Shown: positions 41,382-50,397, counted from the first letter of the stretch. The stretch: DNA of 64,000 nucleotides from an uncultured Acidobacteriota bacterium (GCA_963717745.1 CAVQXJ010000025.1:106817-170816), one strand, 5' to 3'. The notes: generated by a model from the letters alone, not told the origin. Numbers and translations are program-made.

Positions 41382-42641
41382 TGGCGACATTGCGGATCGA
41401 GGGAGGACGGCGGCTGTCGGGCGCGGTGACGGTCGAAGGGAACAAGAACTCCGCGCTGCCGCTGATTGCGGCCTGCCTGCTGACCGACGAGGAATGCACG
41501 ATCGCCAACGTGCCCCGCATCCGCGACGTCGAGGTGCTGCTCGAGCTGCTGCGCGGGCTGGGCGCCACGGTCGAGGGCGCGGGCACGCCGACGTTGCGCA
41601 TCCAGTGCGAGACGGTGACGACCGAGCGGCCCGATCCGGTGCTGGTGGGGAAGCTGCGCGGCTCGGTGCTGCTGCTCGGGCCGCTGCTGGCGCGGCGCGG
41701 GGCGGCGCGGCTCGCGCCGCCGGGCGGCGATTTTCCGGCGCGCCGCACCATCAGCACGCACCTGCAGGCGCTGGTGGCGCTCGGGGCCGTCCCGCGTCGA
41801 CGAGCCGGGGCATGCGCTGGACGCGCCGGATGGCCTGACCGGCGCGTCCTTCTATCTGGACGAGGCGTCGGTCACCGGCACCGAGACCGCGCTGCTGGCG
41901 GCGGCCGCCGCCCGCGGCCGGACCGGAGATCCGCCACGCGGCGATGGAGCCGCACGTCGGCGAGCTGTGTCACTTTCTCCGGGCCATGGGCGTCGGCATC
42001 GAGGGCATCGGCACATCGACGATTCGGGTCGACCCGCCGGCCCGGTGCACCGGCGCGACCCATCGCCTCGCACGGCGACTACATCGAGGCGGGCAGTTGG
42101 GGAGTCGTGGCCGCGATCACCGGCGGCGAGATCGACCGTCACCGGCGCCCGCGCCGAAGACATGGAAGTGATTGCGGCGCCGCTGCGCCAGATGAACCTG
42201 CAGTGCAGCTACGAGGACAATCGGTTCACGGTGGAGCCGTCGACGCTGACCGCGACCCGCCGGATCACCACCGGCCTCTGGCCGGGCTTTCCGAGCGACA
42301 TGGTCAGCCTCGTCACCGTGCTCGCGACCCAGGCCGAGGGCCGCACGCTCGTCCACGACTGGCTCTACGAGCTGCGTCTGTTCGCGCTCGAGCAGCTGAG
42401 CGCGATGCGCGCCGATCTGTTTCTCTGCGATCCGCACCGCATCATCGTCAGCGGCCCGAAGAAGCTGCGCGGCCGGATGCTCGACGCGCGCGATCTCCGG
42501 TCGGGGATGGCGTTGATTGCCGCCGCGCTCGCCGCCGACGGCGAGAGCCGGGTGACGCCGCTCGAGACGGTCGAGCGCGGCTATGCGTCGCTGGTCGAGC
42601 GGCTGCGGTCGCTCGGCGCGAGCGTGGAGCGGGAGAACTGA
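41381..42641 (+). pseudogene. murA: UDP-N-acetylglucosamine 1-carboxyvinyltransferase MurA, four extra bases
   Basis: MATLRIEGGRRLSGAVTVEGNKNSALPLIAACLL...KLRGSVLLLGPLLARRG...PGGDFPARRTISTHL..L.ALGA. Then VDEPGHALDAP...FYLDEASVTGTETALLAAA. Then EIRHAAMEPHVGELCHFLRAMG. Then GDYIEAGSWGVVAAITGGEI. Then VTGARAEDMEVIAAPLRQMN...GFPSDMVSL...DLRSGMALIAAALAADGES...VERGY..L.ERL..LGA. Breaks lie near 41790, 41923, 42068 and 42137. Confidence 0.9.
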
Positions 42642-42645
42642 CTCT

Positions 42646-42784
42646 ATTGCCAAGAATGCCAAGATTGCCAGATGCCAGATTGCGGGGAAGATCCGCACGG
42701 CATCTCACGTCCCGCCGATTGAGCCAGTTCGAGAAGTTGCCCGCCAAATTTTGGCAATCTGGCACTTTTGGCATTCTTGGCAAT
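42646..42784. repeat. family-B armed hairpin element, copy B4
   Basis: ATTGCCAAGAATGCCAAGATTGCCAGATGCCAGATTGCGGGG...CGCCAAATTTTGGCAATCTGGCACTTTTGGCATTCTTGGCAAT. It fills the gap between the convergent murA stop (42641) and secretin stop (42788), leaving 3-4 nt on each side. Confidence 0.85.
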
Positions 42785-42787
42785 GCC

Positions 42788-44675
42788 CTACCCGCCGCCG
42801 CCCTTCTTCACCGGCGGCGGTGGCGTCGCCGGCGGCAGGATCGGCGCGGCCGTCCCGGGCAGCGTGCCTTTCATCGGATCGGTCGCCGGGGCGCCGGGCT
42901 GGCGGGGCTGCGGAAATGTTGGCGCCCGGGGCGTGTTCGGGTCGGTCCCATCGGGATCGCGGTCGCGCGGAATGGTCGCCGGCTGCTCGGGCATCTGAGC
43001 TGGGGGCGGCGCCGCCGCATCCCGGCCGAGCCTGAACGGACGCAGATCGGACTCGGACAGGTCGAGCACGCGCACGATGTGCGGCGTCAGCGTCAGGACG
43101 ATGTCGGATCGTGCACTTCCTTGCGAGTGGCTGGCGAACAGCCGGCCGATCAACGGCAGATCGCTGAGGCCGGGAAGCCCGGTCATGACCGTCCGCTCCT
43201 CATCGCGGATCAGTCCGGCGAGCATGTTCGTCTCGCCGTCCTTCAACCTGATGGTCGTGGTGATCTCCCGGTTGCCGAATGTCGGCAGTCCGTTCAGCGA
43301 TCCCGAGATGTTGCTGAGCGAGATCTTCAACGTCAGCGACACCTCGTCGTCGTGGTGCGTCCGCGGCGTGATGTCGATGTTGACGCCGATCGGCTCGTAG
43401 ACGACCGAGGTGATCGGCTGCTGATTGATGCCGCCGGTGGCGATCGGCGCGAAGGTCGTCACCGGGACCGGGACCCGCTCTCCGAATCGCGCCGTCGCTG
43501 CCACGCCTTCGGACGCGCGCAGCTGCGGATTCGCCAGCGTCCGGGTGGACGAGTCGTTCTTCAGCAGGCGGTAGTAGAGCGCCGGCAGTCCCGTGACCAG
43601 CACCTGCGCCTGGGTCAGGTTGCGCAGATCCCTCATCGTCAGGCCCTCGCGATTCGGCGTCGAGCGACCCGGCGATCCCGTCGCTGCCGGGAGTCGCGAA
43701 CTGGAGCCCGTACTCGCGGATCCGGTTCCGATCGACTTCGAGCAGCTCGACGTCGATGACCAGCTCCGGGCGGGCCTTGTCGATCGCGGCGATCAGCCGC
43801 CCCGCCGCCGCGATCCGCTCGGGCGTGTCCTTGAGCGAGATGGCGTTGATGGCGGTCGTTGGTGAGATCTGCCGCACGTCGACGACGACGCGCAGGAGGT
43901 CGATGACTTCCTTGAGGTCCGCGTTGCTGACGTAGAAGGTCTGGACGATCTGTTCTTCGTACTCGCGGCGCTTCGCCGGGGTGTCCGGAACGATGGTGAT
44001 GGTCCGAGGCGCGGTCACGCGATAGAAGGTCCGCGTCGTCGCGGTCAGCGACGCCAGCGCGGTCGCGAGGGTGGTGTTCCGGAAGTCGGCGGTCACGCGT
44101 TCGTCGCGGAAGGCGGGATCGAACACCACGTTCAGGTTGGCCCACTTCGCCAGCGCCTGGAACACCAGCCGGCTGCCGACACTGAACGTCATGGAATCGG
44201 GCAGCTTCGGGCCATCCGGCAGCTCGAAGCCGATTGGCCCCAGCGCCCGCGAGCGTTCGATCAGCGCCTGCAGCTCGGTCTTGTCGCCGCGCTCGATCGC
44301 GACCTTGGTTCGCAGCCGGTGCCGAACCTCCCGCAGCTCCGACTCCGCTGTCGCGTTGGTGGGGTTGAGCTCGGTGGCGAGCTGCAGCTCGACCGCCGCT
44401 TCCTGATAGCGCTCCGACGCCGACAGCCGGCGCCCCCGCATGTAGTGTTCTTCGGAGGCGCGAATCCTGACCCGGTCGAGCGACATCCGGGCCGCGCGAT
44501 TGTCAGGATTCCGGCGCAGGGCGTTGGTGTATTCGACGACGGCGCGGTCGAAGTCCGACCGCCGCTCCGCCTGCTCGGCCAGACGCATGGCGCTGCCGCT
44601 GGCGCAGGCGGCACAGAACAGGCCGGCGGCCAGGACGACGATCAACGCAGGCCGTGCGTCAGGGGGTCTTGCCAC
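42788..44675 (-). pseudogene. secretin-family outer-membrane channel (GspD/PilQ superfamily) with TPR-like N-terminal region, one extra base near 43644-43646
   Basis: ORF 43200..44675 reads ...LAAGLFCAACASG..., TPR-like helices, then N-domain text (TFYVSNADLKEVIDLLRVVVDVRQISPTTAINAISLKDTPERIAAAGRLIAAIDKARPELVIDVELLEV). ORF 42788..43636 holds the secretin core (NPQLRASEGVAATARFGERVPV...VGVNIDITPRTHHDDEVSLTLK...TTTIRLKDGETNMLAGLIRDEE....GLPGLSDLPLIGRLF...LTLTPHIV). Confidence 0.8.
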
Positions 44676-45387
44676 TGCTGATGACCTCGGTGCCCCGCGG
44701 GATGGTGAACTGGAACATCTTATCGGCTAGTCCGGCGTTTTCCTTGAAATTGCTGAAGGCGAACGACGATCGGCCACCCTGGGCATCCGCGGCCGTGAGG
44801 CCCACAATCTGCAGCGTGCGGCGGTCGGCCGCCACTTCGAGCCAGTCGTACTCCGTCTGTCGGGTCTTCGGGTCCAGGCGCAGCCGATAGACGGTGTCGC
44901 TGCCCCCCTCGCCCCAGCGGATGTTGAAATCCCTGACGATGTCCCCTTTTCCCATCAAGAACAGGACGGCGCTGGTGGCCTGATCCTGGTCCGGCACCGG
45001 GTTCTTCATGACCTGCCGGTCGGCGGGGAAATACAGGAACATGGTGCGGCCGTCGGATACGAACAGCTTCTTCTCGGGCGAGGTGTAGTCCCACCGCATC
45101 TTGCCGGGCTTCTTCACGTAGACCAGGCCGCTCTCCGACGCTTTCCGCCGCAGCACGCCGCCCTCGTAGGTCTGCGTGAAGGCCGCGGAGAAGTCCTTGA
45201 TCGAGTCGTACTTGCGCTGGAGCGCCGCGGCGACGTCGGCGGCCGGCGGCCGGACCTCCGGCGTCGGCACGTTCTGGGCCGGCGGCGCGCTCTGCGCTGC
45301 TGCTGAGGCGGTAATCGACATCAGGAGCAGCGCCGCCGCTGCCGACAGCCGTTTGCGTGATCTGAACACGTTCGCGCGGGACTGCAT
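44659..45387 (-). CDS. lolA: outer-membrane lipoprotein carrier protein LolA
   Basis: Internal ATG (complement of 45385-45387) gives MQSRANVFRSRKRLSAAAALLLMSITASAAAQ (signal), then ...LQRKYDSIKDFSAAFTQTYEGGVLRRKASESGLVYVKKPGKMRWDYTSPEKKLFVSDG. Confidence 0.8.
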   Translation of the reverse strand: MQSRANVFRSRKRLSAAAALLLMSITASAAAQSAPPAQNVPTPEVRPPAADVAAALQRKYDSIKDFSAAFTQTYEGGVLRRKASESGLVYVKKPGKMRWDYTSPEKKLFVSDGRTMFLYFPADRQVMKNPVPDQDQATSAVLFLMGKGDIVRDFNIRWGEGGSDTVYRLRLDPKTRQTEYDWLEVAADRRTLQIVGLTAADAQGGRSSFAFSNFKENAGLADKMFQFTIPRGTEVISSGKTP

Positions 45388-45431
45388 ATATCTGTATGGG
45401 GTAATGACTTCGGGTCCAGACCGGCAGTGTA

Positions 45432-47114
45432 CTACCGTCGCAGGCCCCGCTTGGCGGCGATGAACGCCCGGACTTCCGGCAGCGGGCGGGTGTTCAGGAC
45501 GTGCCGTGGCTCGACCCAGCCCCGGCGGGCGGTCCCAACCCCGAGCCGCATCTGGCGATCGAGCAGGGCCGCCTTGTGGCAATCACTGTCGATCGTGACC
45601 GTGACACCGGCGGCGACTGCCGCGCGTGCACGCTCGCCGTCCATGTCGAGATGGCTCGGCGCGCCGTCAATCTCGAGCGCGGTGCCGGTTTCGGCGGCGG
45701 CGGCGAAAATGGCGGGGAAGTCGAGATCGTAGCCGCCGTGGCGGCCCACCAGGCGATTGGCCGGGTGCGTGATGACGTTGACCAGCGGGTGAGCGATCGC
45801 GGCGAGGCAGCGGCGCGTCAGGCGCTGCGCATCGTGCCCGGCGTGGTCGTGCAATGAGGCCAGCACGATGTCCAGCGACGCGAGCACGTCGTCGGCAAAA
45901 TCCAGGCGGCCGTCCGGGAGGATGTCGACTTCGATACCGTGGAGAATCGCCATTCCCGGTGTGCGCTCGCGCAGCCGCGCGATGTCGTCGCGCTGACGCT
46001 CGAGCGCGTCGAGCGTCACCGTTCGCGACGCGGCCGCCCGTGTCGAGTGGTCGGTGATGGCGATGTATTCGTAGCCGAGCGCCGCGGCGGTGCGCACCAT
46101 GGCCGGCAGCGCGTCGCGGCCGTCGCTGTAGGTGGTGTGCATGTGCAGATCGCCGCGCACGTCCTCCCGCGACACCAGCCGCGGCAGCGCACCCGATGCG
46201 GCAGCTTCGATCTCGCCGTTCGCGTGCCGCAGCTCCGGTGCGATCCACGCAAGGCCGGCCTGTGAGTAGACCTCCTCCTCACGCGCGCAGACCCGCGTCG
46301 CGCCGTGCTTCGCGCGGACCGCCGCGACGTGTGCGGCCGATCCCGTGGCCAGGTGAAGCGCCGATCCGTACTCGTCGCGCGCCACGATGCGGACGTCGAC
46401 CTCGGCCTGCTGATAGCGGAGCAGCACCCGACGGCCGGTTTGATGGACCGCGCACTGGATCATGGGAATGTCGCAAATCCGCTGCAGCGTGGCCGGCGGA
46501 TCCGGCGCGGTGCCGACGATGACCAGCGTCTCGACCATCGGCTCGAACCGGCGCACATCGCCGGCGACGACGAGGCCCTCGATCTCGGGGCACGCCGCCG
46601 CGATCAGCAGAATCAGGTTGTCTGTGAAGTCGACAGCGCGGCCGAGCGGCTGCCGCGCGTGCTCCGTCTCCAACCCGGCAGCACCACGCCGCAGCACGAC
46701 CTCCAGACCAGGAAGCTGCTTGCTTACGCGGCCGTCCGTGAGCGCCGTCTGGAGGTCGCTGAGTGTGACGATCCCGTTCCGGGCAAGCGCCGCGGCCCCG
46801 TCCGCGTCGATGCTGCGGAGCTCGACGAGACGCCGGAGGAGCCAGGGAATGGAGACAGGGGGGCGGAATCCATCAGTGCAGGGCCATCGATGATGATGCC
46901 CCGGAGCGTCTGGTGGAGTGAAGCAGGAAGATTCGCCAGCTCCGCGACAGCGTTTCGCCGGACTGAGATCGGTCAGCCGCGCTAGTTCGGGAGCGCCAAG
47001 CCGGGCGAGATCGGACGCGAGACGGCGCCAGGCGGTCGCGTCATGCGACTCGCCGCGAATCTCGGCATAGGCGCCGAGCTGGCGAAGCAGTGTGGAAAGC
47101 TCGGACGCCGTCAC
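45432..47114 (-). CDS. PolX-like protein: degenerate Pol-beta-like domain + intact PHP domain; contains a compensated out-of-frame stretch
   Basis: Probable GTG/TTG start (complement of 47112-47117), reading TASELSTLLRQLGAYAEIRGESHDATAWRRLASDL. The PHP motifs are intact: DLHMHTTYSDGRD, ITDHS, SLHD, THP, DSDCH. Text between about 46860 and about 46965 reads better one frame over (VRRNAVAELANLPASLHQTLRGIIIDGPALMDSAPL). Confidence 0.7.
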   Translation of the reverse strand: MTASELSTLLRQLGAYAEIRGESHDATAWRRLASDLARLGAPELARLTDLSPAKRCRGAGESSCFTPPDAPGHHHRWPCTDGFRPPVSIPWLLRRLVELRSIDADGAAALARNGIVTLSDLQTALTDGRVSKQLPGLEVVLRRGAAGLETEHARQPLGRAVDFTDNLILLIAAACPEIEGLVVAGDVRRFEPMVETLVIVGTAPDPPATLQRICDIPMIQCAVHQTGRRVLLRYQQAEVDVRIVARDEYGSALHLATGSAAHVAAVRAKHGATRVCAREEEVYSQAGLAWIAPELRHANGEIEAAASGALPRLVSREDVRGDLHMHTTYSDGRDALPAMVRTAAALGYEYIAITDHSTRAAASRTVTLDALERQRDDIARLRERTPGMAILHGIEVDILPDGRLDFADDVLASLDIVLASLHDHAGHDAQRLTRRCLAAIAHPLVNVITHPANRLVGRHGGYDLDFPAIFAAAAETGTALEIDGAPSHLDMDGERARAAVAAGVTVTIDSDCHKAALLDRQMRLGVGTARRGWVEPRHVLNTRPLPEVRAFIAAKRGLRR

Positions 47115-47232
47115 CAATGTGGCCGGGACAGCACGGTGGCTCGTCGCCGTACTGCTGGATCGGGCGCAGGGTGCCACGGCCGTATTGTCAGCAGGGCAGC
47201 GGGATGGGGTCAACTGCGGACCACCGGTTCGA

Positions 47233-47376
47233 TCAGCCAGATGCCTGGTCGTGCCGATGGACAAGCCAGCCGTGTGAGCGCTTTCCGCACAGAACGCAGC
47301 GCAGGAACATCGCTCCGCCTTTGCAGCCGACGCTGTAGTCATGCCCGTGGACATAGCACGCGATCCAACTCCACAT
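47233..47376 (-). CDS. unlisted 47-aa Cys/His-rich (zinc-ribbon-like) small ORF
   Basis: My own translation: MWSWIACYVHGHDYSVGCKGGAMFLRCVLCGKRSHGWLVHRHDQASG*. GAGG lies 7 nt upstream of the ATG, and third-codon positions are mostly G/C. It is below the 60-aa cutoff of the ORF track. Confidence 0.35.
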   Translation of the reverse strand: MWSWIACYVHGHDYSVGCKGGAMFLRCVLCGKRSHGWLVHRHDQASG

Positions 47377-47535
47377 AATCTTGCCTCGCTGTGATTACGG
47401 AACCAGCAGCTACATGGCAAAGGGAGTGCCAGCGTCATCTCACAGAAATATACGGAAGATACGAGAATAGCTGTTGAAAACTTTGAAAGTCGGGTGGGTC
47501 TCGCACCCAAAAATCGGTGCTCGATTACCGAACTG

Positions 47536-50397
47536 TTATGGCTTGCTCATGTCGACGCTCACGGCAACGGGGGCTTTGCCCTTCACCGTGACGGTCACAC
47601 GTCGTTCGCCAAGCTGCGGATGACGGAAGGTAATCTCGCGCACACCGAGTGTGAGTTGGAGGTTCGCGAGCGGCGTATCGCCAACCTTGCGTCCCTCGAC
47701 CCAGACTTCCGCCCAGGGCGTGGCGTTGAGGTTGACGAGGCCGCGGGGATCGATACTGACCGACTTCACCTCGCCCGGCTCGATGTCGACCGTTTGCGCG
47801 GACGAGTACTCGAGGTCCCGATTCACCAGCGTCAGGTCATGCCGACCCGGGCTGAGCATGATCCGCGGCTGTTCGGTGCTGCCGATCACGCGCCCGCCCT
47901 CGACGACGTCGACGACGAACGGGGCGTAGATCCCGACCCAGCCGGAGAAGATCGGCACGTCGAGCTTGGTGGTGCGGCCGGCCTCGATCCGGATCGTGCG
48001 CTTCACGGAACCGGACGACGAGATGAACGTGACGGCGTGCCGGCCCGCCGCGATCCCGTCGAGCGCCACCGGCGATTCCCCCGCTGGCTTGCCATCGATG
48101 AGGATGCGCGCTCCCGCCGGCTGCGTTTCGATCTCGAGCCGGCCGGCGTTCGCGACGACGCTGACCGGCGCGCTGGCCGCGGGTTGCGCCTGAGCGGCCG
48201 GCGGTGGGACGGTCGCCGTTCCCCGGTTGGAACTGGTCGCTGCCGCGTCGTCTGTGGGCACGCCTTTCGCGGGCAGATACACACGGCCGCCGACAATCGC
48301 CACCACCATGATCGCCACCGCAACGGCTGCCAGCTTCCACGGGAAAGCGGTCGGCTCGATCTCTTCCGTGGAAGAGGGAGCCGGGGAATAGATCTCGATG
48401 CTGGGCTCGGGCGCGCGGGTGCCTCGAGGGCGGGCCGGCTGCTCCTTGAGCTTGGCCGTCGTCAGCAGCGGTATCGGGTCAGCCGCGTTGATGGTGACCG
48501 GCGACGGTGTCCACGGGGGCGGCGGGGTGTAGCTCGGTGCGATCGAGCCGACCGACCGGGAGAATCCGGCTTCGACCGCGACCGCGCTGACTGTGGGCGC
48601 CGGCGGCGTGTAGACCGAGACCGGAGGCGGCGGCGCCGTGTAAAGCGGTACGAGTGGCGGAGTCGGGAACGGCGTGACAGGGGATGGCGCCGACGCAAAG
48701 ACGTTCACCGGAACCGGGGCGGCTGCTGGCGAGCTTTTCGGATCCGCGCCGCCGAATACCGGCACGATCGACACCGTCGGTTCGTACGAGGCCGCCCGAT
48801 CGGGAGAGACCAGCCACGGGGTTGCCGCGGGTTTCTTGACCTCCGGCACCGGCGCGGGAACCGGATCCGGCGGCTGCGCCGTGACCACAGCCGGCGCGTC
48901 GGACTCCGACACCGAGCGCAACTTGTCCTTGCGTGCCCGGGCCGAGCGCGTCGGCCGCTTCGCGCGTCGAGCGCGCACGGCGGCGATCTCGACCACTGCC
49001 GAAACCCCGTCTGAAGGCGCCGTCTCGACGGCCTGCGGTTCCGTCGTTTCTTCAGGCGGCGACAGGTCGACCGCTTCGATCTCGGGTTCGGAATCCTCCA
49101 GAGCGGAAACCTCGGCGGTACTCGTCGTCTCGAGCGGGATTGGATCCTCTCCGCCATCGTCGATCGACGCCGGCCCTATCACGGGTTGAAGAATCGCGGC
49201 GTGATCGGTGACGGTCTCAACTCCGGACGCCGCTGCAACCTGAATCCAGTCGACCGGCTCGTCGTCGCTTCCGTGCGGCGCGGGCACTTCGTAGAGCTCC
49301 ACCGGCTGATCGATGAGCACCTCGTACGGCTCGTCTGCAACGAGATCGTCGAGATTCAGTTCCGCGTCCGCACCGTCGGTCAACTCGACGTCAGCCGCCT
49401 CGACATCAGCGCCTCGACATCCGGGAGGTCTCCGATCCTGAAGACTAAAGCTCTCGATTGCCTGCGCCAGATCGTCGTCGTCGGCGGGATCCACCACGGA
49501 GAGCTGCGGCGACTCCATCTGTTCGATGAAATCCACCAGCGCCCGGCGGCAGACCTGCACGCCAAGCTCGCTCGCGAGCTGGCGCACCTCGAAGAGGGCA
49601 TCGTCTGTTGACGAGTAAGGAAGGCTCGAGTCGAGTGCGAGTGCGCGGTTGAAGAAGTCCTGGGCGGCGTCGGCGAAGGCAGCCGAGCTGCGAATCTGCG
49701 CAACCTCGACCACCTCCTGAACGAGTCCGGACAAACCGGTCATGTACTCGTTGGTCCGGAGCGGGCGACCAAGCACGAGCATCAGCGCGGCAAGCGCCGC
49801 CTGCGCGATGTCAGCCGCGGCATCGAGGCGGGGCGCCCCCTGAATGTTGTCGGCAGCCGCTACGCCGAATTCCTCCCAAAGCTTGCGCCGGCCATAACGG
49901 AGATGCGTCAGCGCCTCGCCATAGATGCCGTCGAGCAGCACGATCTGTCCGGCTGGCGTGAGCACTGTGCGCGCGGGCGTGATGGTGCCGTGCGCAAAGC
50001 CGACCCCCGCGTGCAGGCCGCACAATGCCGGCAGCACGTCCAGGAGAAAGCCCAGCGCCGCGTCCACGCCAGGGACGTGCCGGAGATCGGCCGACGTGTC
50101 GAGGAGATCCGAGAGGCGGCTGCCCGGGACGAACTCGGATACGACGACGAGGCCGGTGGATTCACGTTCGAGGCTGCGCGGGCGGGCGAGGCGCTCGTCC
50201 TCGAGCCCGGCCAGCCGCTCGATCCGTTCACGCAGGCCCGCCTCGAACGCGCCGAGTTCCGGACGGAGCACCAGCCGCTCGAGCATCGCGCCCTCTTCGC
50301 GATCGAACGCGAGTATCCGCCGGCCGAGCCCATCGGCGAAGCCAGAGGACGACGTCGAACCGGCCTGCGCCGTTGCGTTTGATGAGGAAGGAGGCAT
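47536..50397 (-). CDS. large membrane protein: N-terminal kinase-like (apparently catalytically dead) domain, long Pro/Ala/Asp-rich linker, one TM helix, C-terminal PEGA-type beta-domains
   Basis: 953-aa ORF with a TM helix (WKLAAVAVAIMVVAIVGG). The C-terminus has repeats such as LEIETQPAGARILIDGKPAGESPVAL and VNLNATPWAEVWVEGRKVGDTPLANL (the PEGA pattern). The N-terminus has a kinase-like layout but lacks HRD/DFG. Confidence 0.65.
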   Translation of the reverse strand: MPPSSSNATAQAGSTSSSGFADGLGRRILAFDREEGAMLERLVLRPELGAFEAGLRERIERLAGLEDERLARPRSLERESTGLVVVSEFVPGSRLSDLLDTSADLRHVPGVDAALGFLLDVLPALCGLHAGVGFAHGTITPARTVLTPAGQIVLLDGIYGEALTHLRYGRRKLWEEFGVAAADNIQGAPRLDAAADIAQAALAALMLVLGRPLRTNEYMTGLSGLVQEVVEVAQIRSSAAFADAAQDFFNRALALDSSLPYSSTDDALFEVRQLASELGVQVCRRALVDFIEQMESPQLSVVDPADDDDLAQAIESFSLQDRRPPGCRGADVEAADVELTDGADAELNLDDLVADEPYEVLIDQPVELYEVPAPHGSDDEPVDWIQVAAASGVETVTDHAAILQPVIGPASIDDGGEDPIPLETTSTAEVSALEDSEPEIEAVDLSPPEETTEPQAVETAPSDGVSAVVEIAAVRARRAKRPTRSARARKDKLRSVSESDAPAVVTAQPPDPVPAPVPEVKKPAATPWLVSPDRAASYEPTVSIVPVFGGADPKSSPAAAPVPVNVFASAPSPVTPFPTPPLVPLYTAPPPPVSVYTPPAPTVSAVAVEAGFSRSVGSIAPSYTPPPPWTPSPVTINAADPIPLLTTAKLKEQPARPRGTRAPEPSIEIYSPAPSSTEEIEPTAFPWKLAAVAVAIMVVAIVGGRVYLPAKGVPTDDAAATSSNRGTATVPPPAAQAQPAASAPVSVVANAGRLEIETQPAGARILIDGKPAGESPVALDGIAAGRHAVTFISSSGSVKRTIRIEAGRTTKLDVPIFSGWVGIYAPFVVDVVEGGRVIGSTEQPRIMLSPGRHDLTLVNRDLEYSSAQTVDIEPGEVKSVSIDPRGLVNLNATPWAEVWVEGRKVGDTPLANLQLTLGVREITFRHPQLGERRVTVTVKGKAPVAVSVDMSKP

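Noticed and set aside
41381-43759. 792-aa ORF starting at the murA ATG and running through family-B element B4 into the secretin gene.
   Set aside because: Only the first ~135 residues are MurA. After the first frame break the ORF continues out of frame, and then antisense to the secretin. MurA text resumes in other frames and ends at 42641.
47495-47515. GGGTG-N7-CACCC hairpin after the PEGA-protein stop as an intrinsic terminator.
   Set aside because: The stem is only 5 bp. On the relevant (minus) strand the T-run precedes rather than follows the hairpin.
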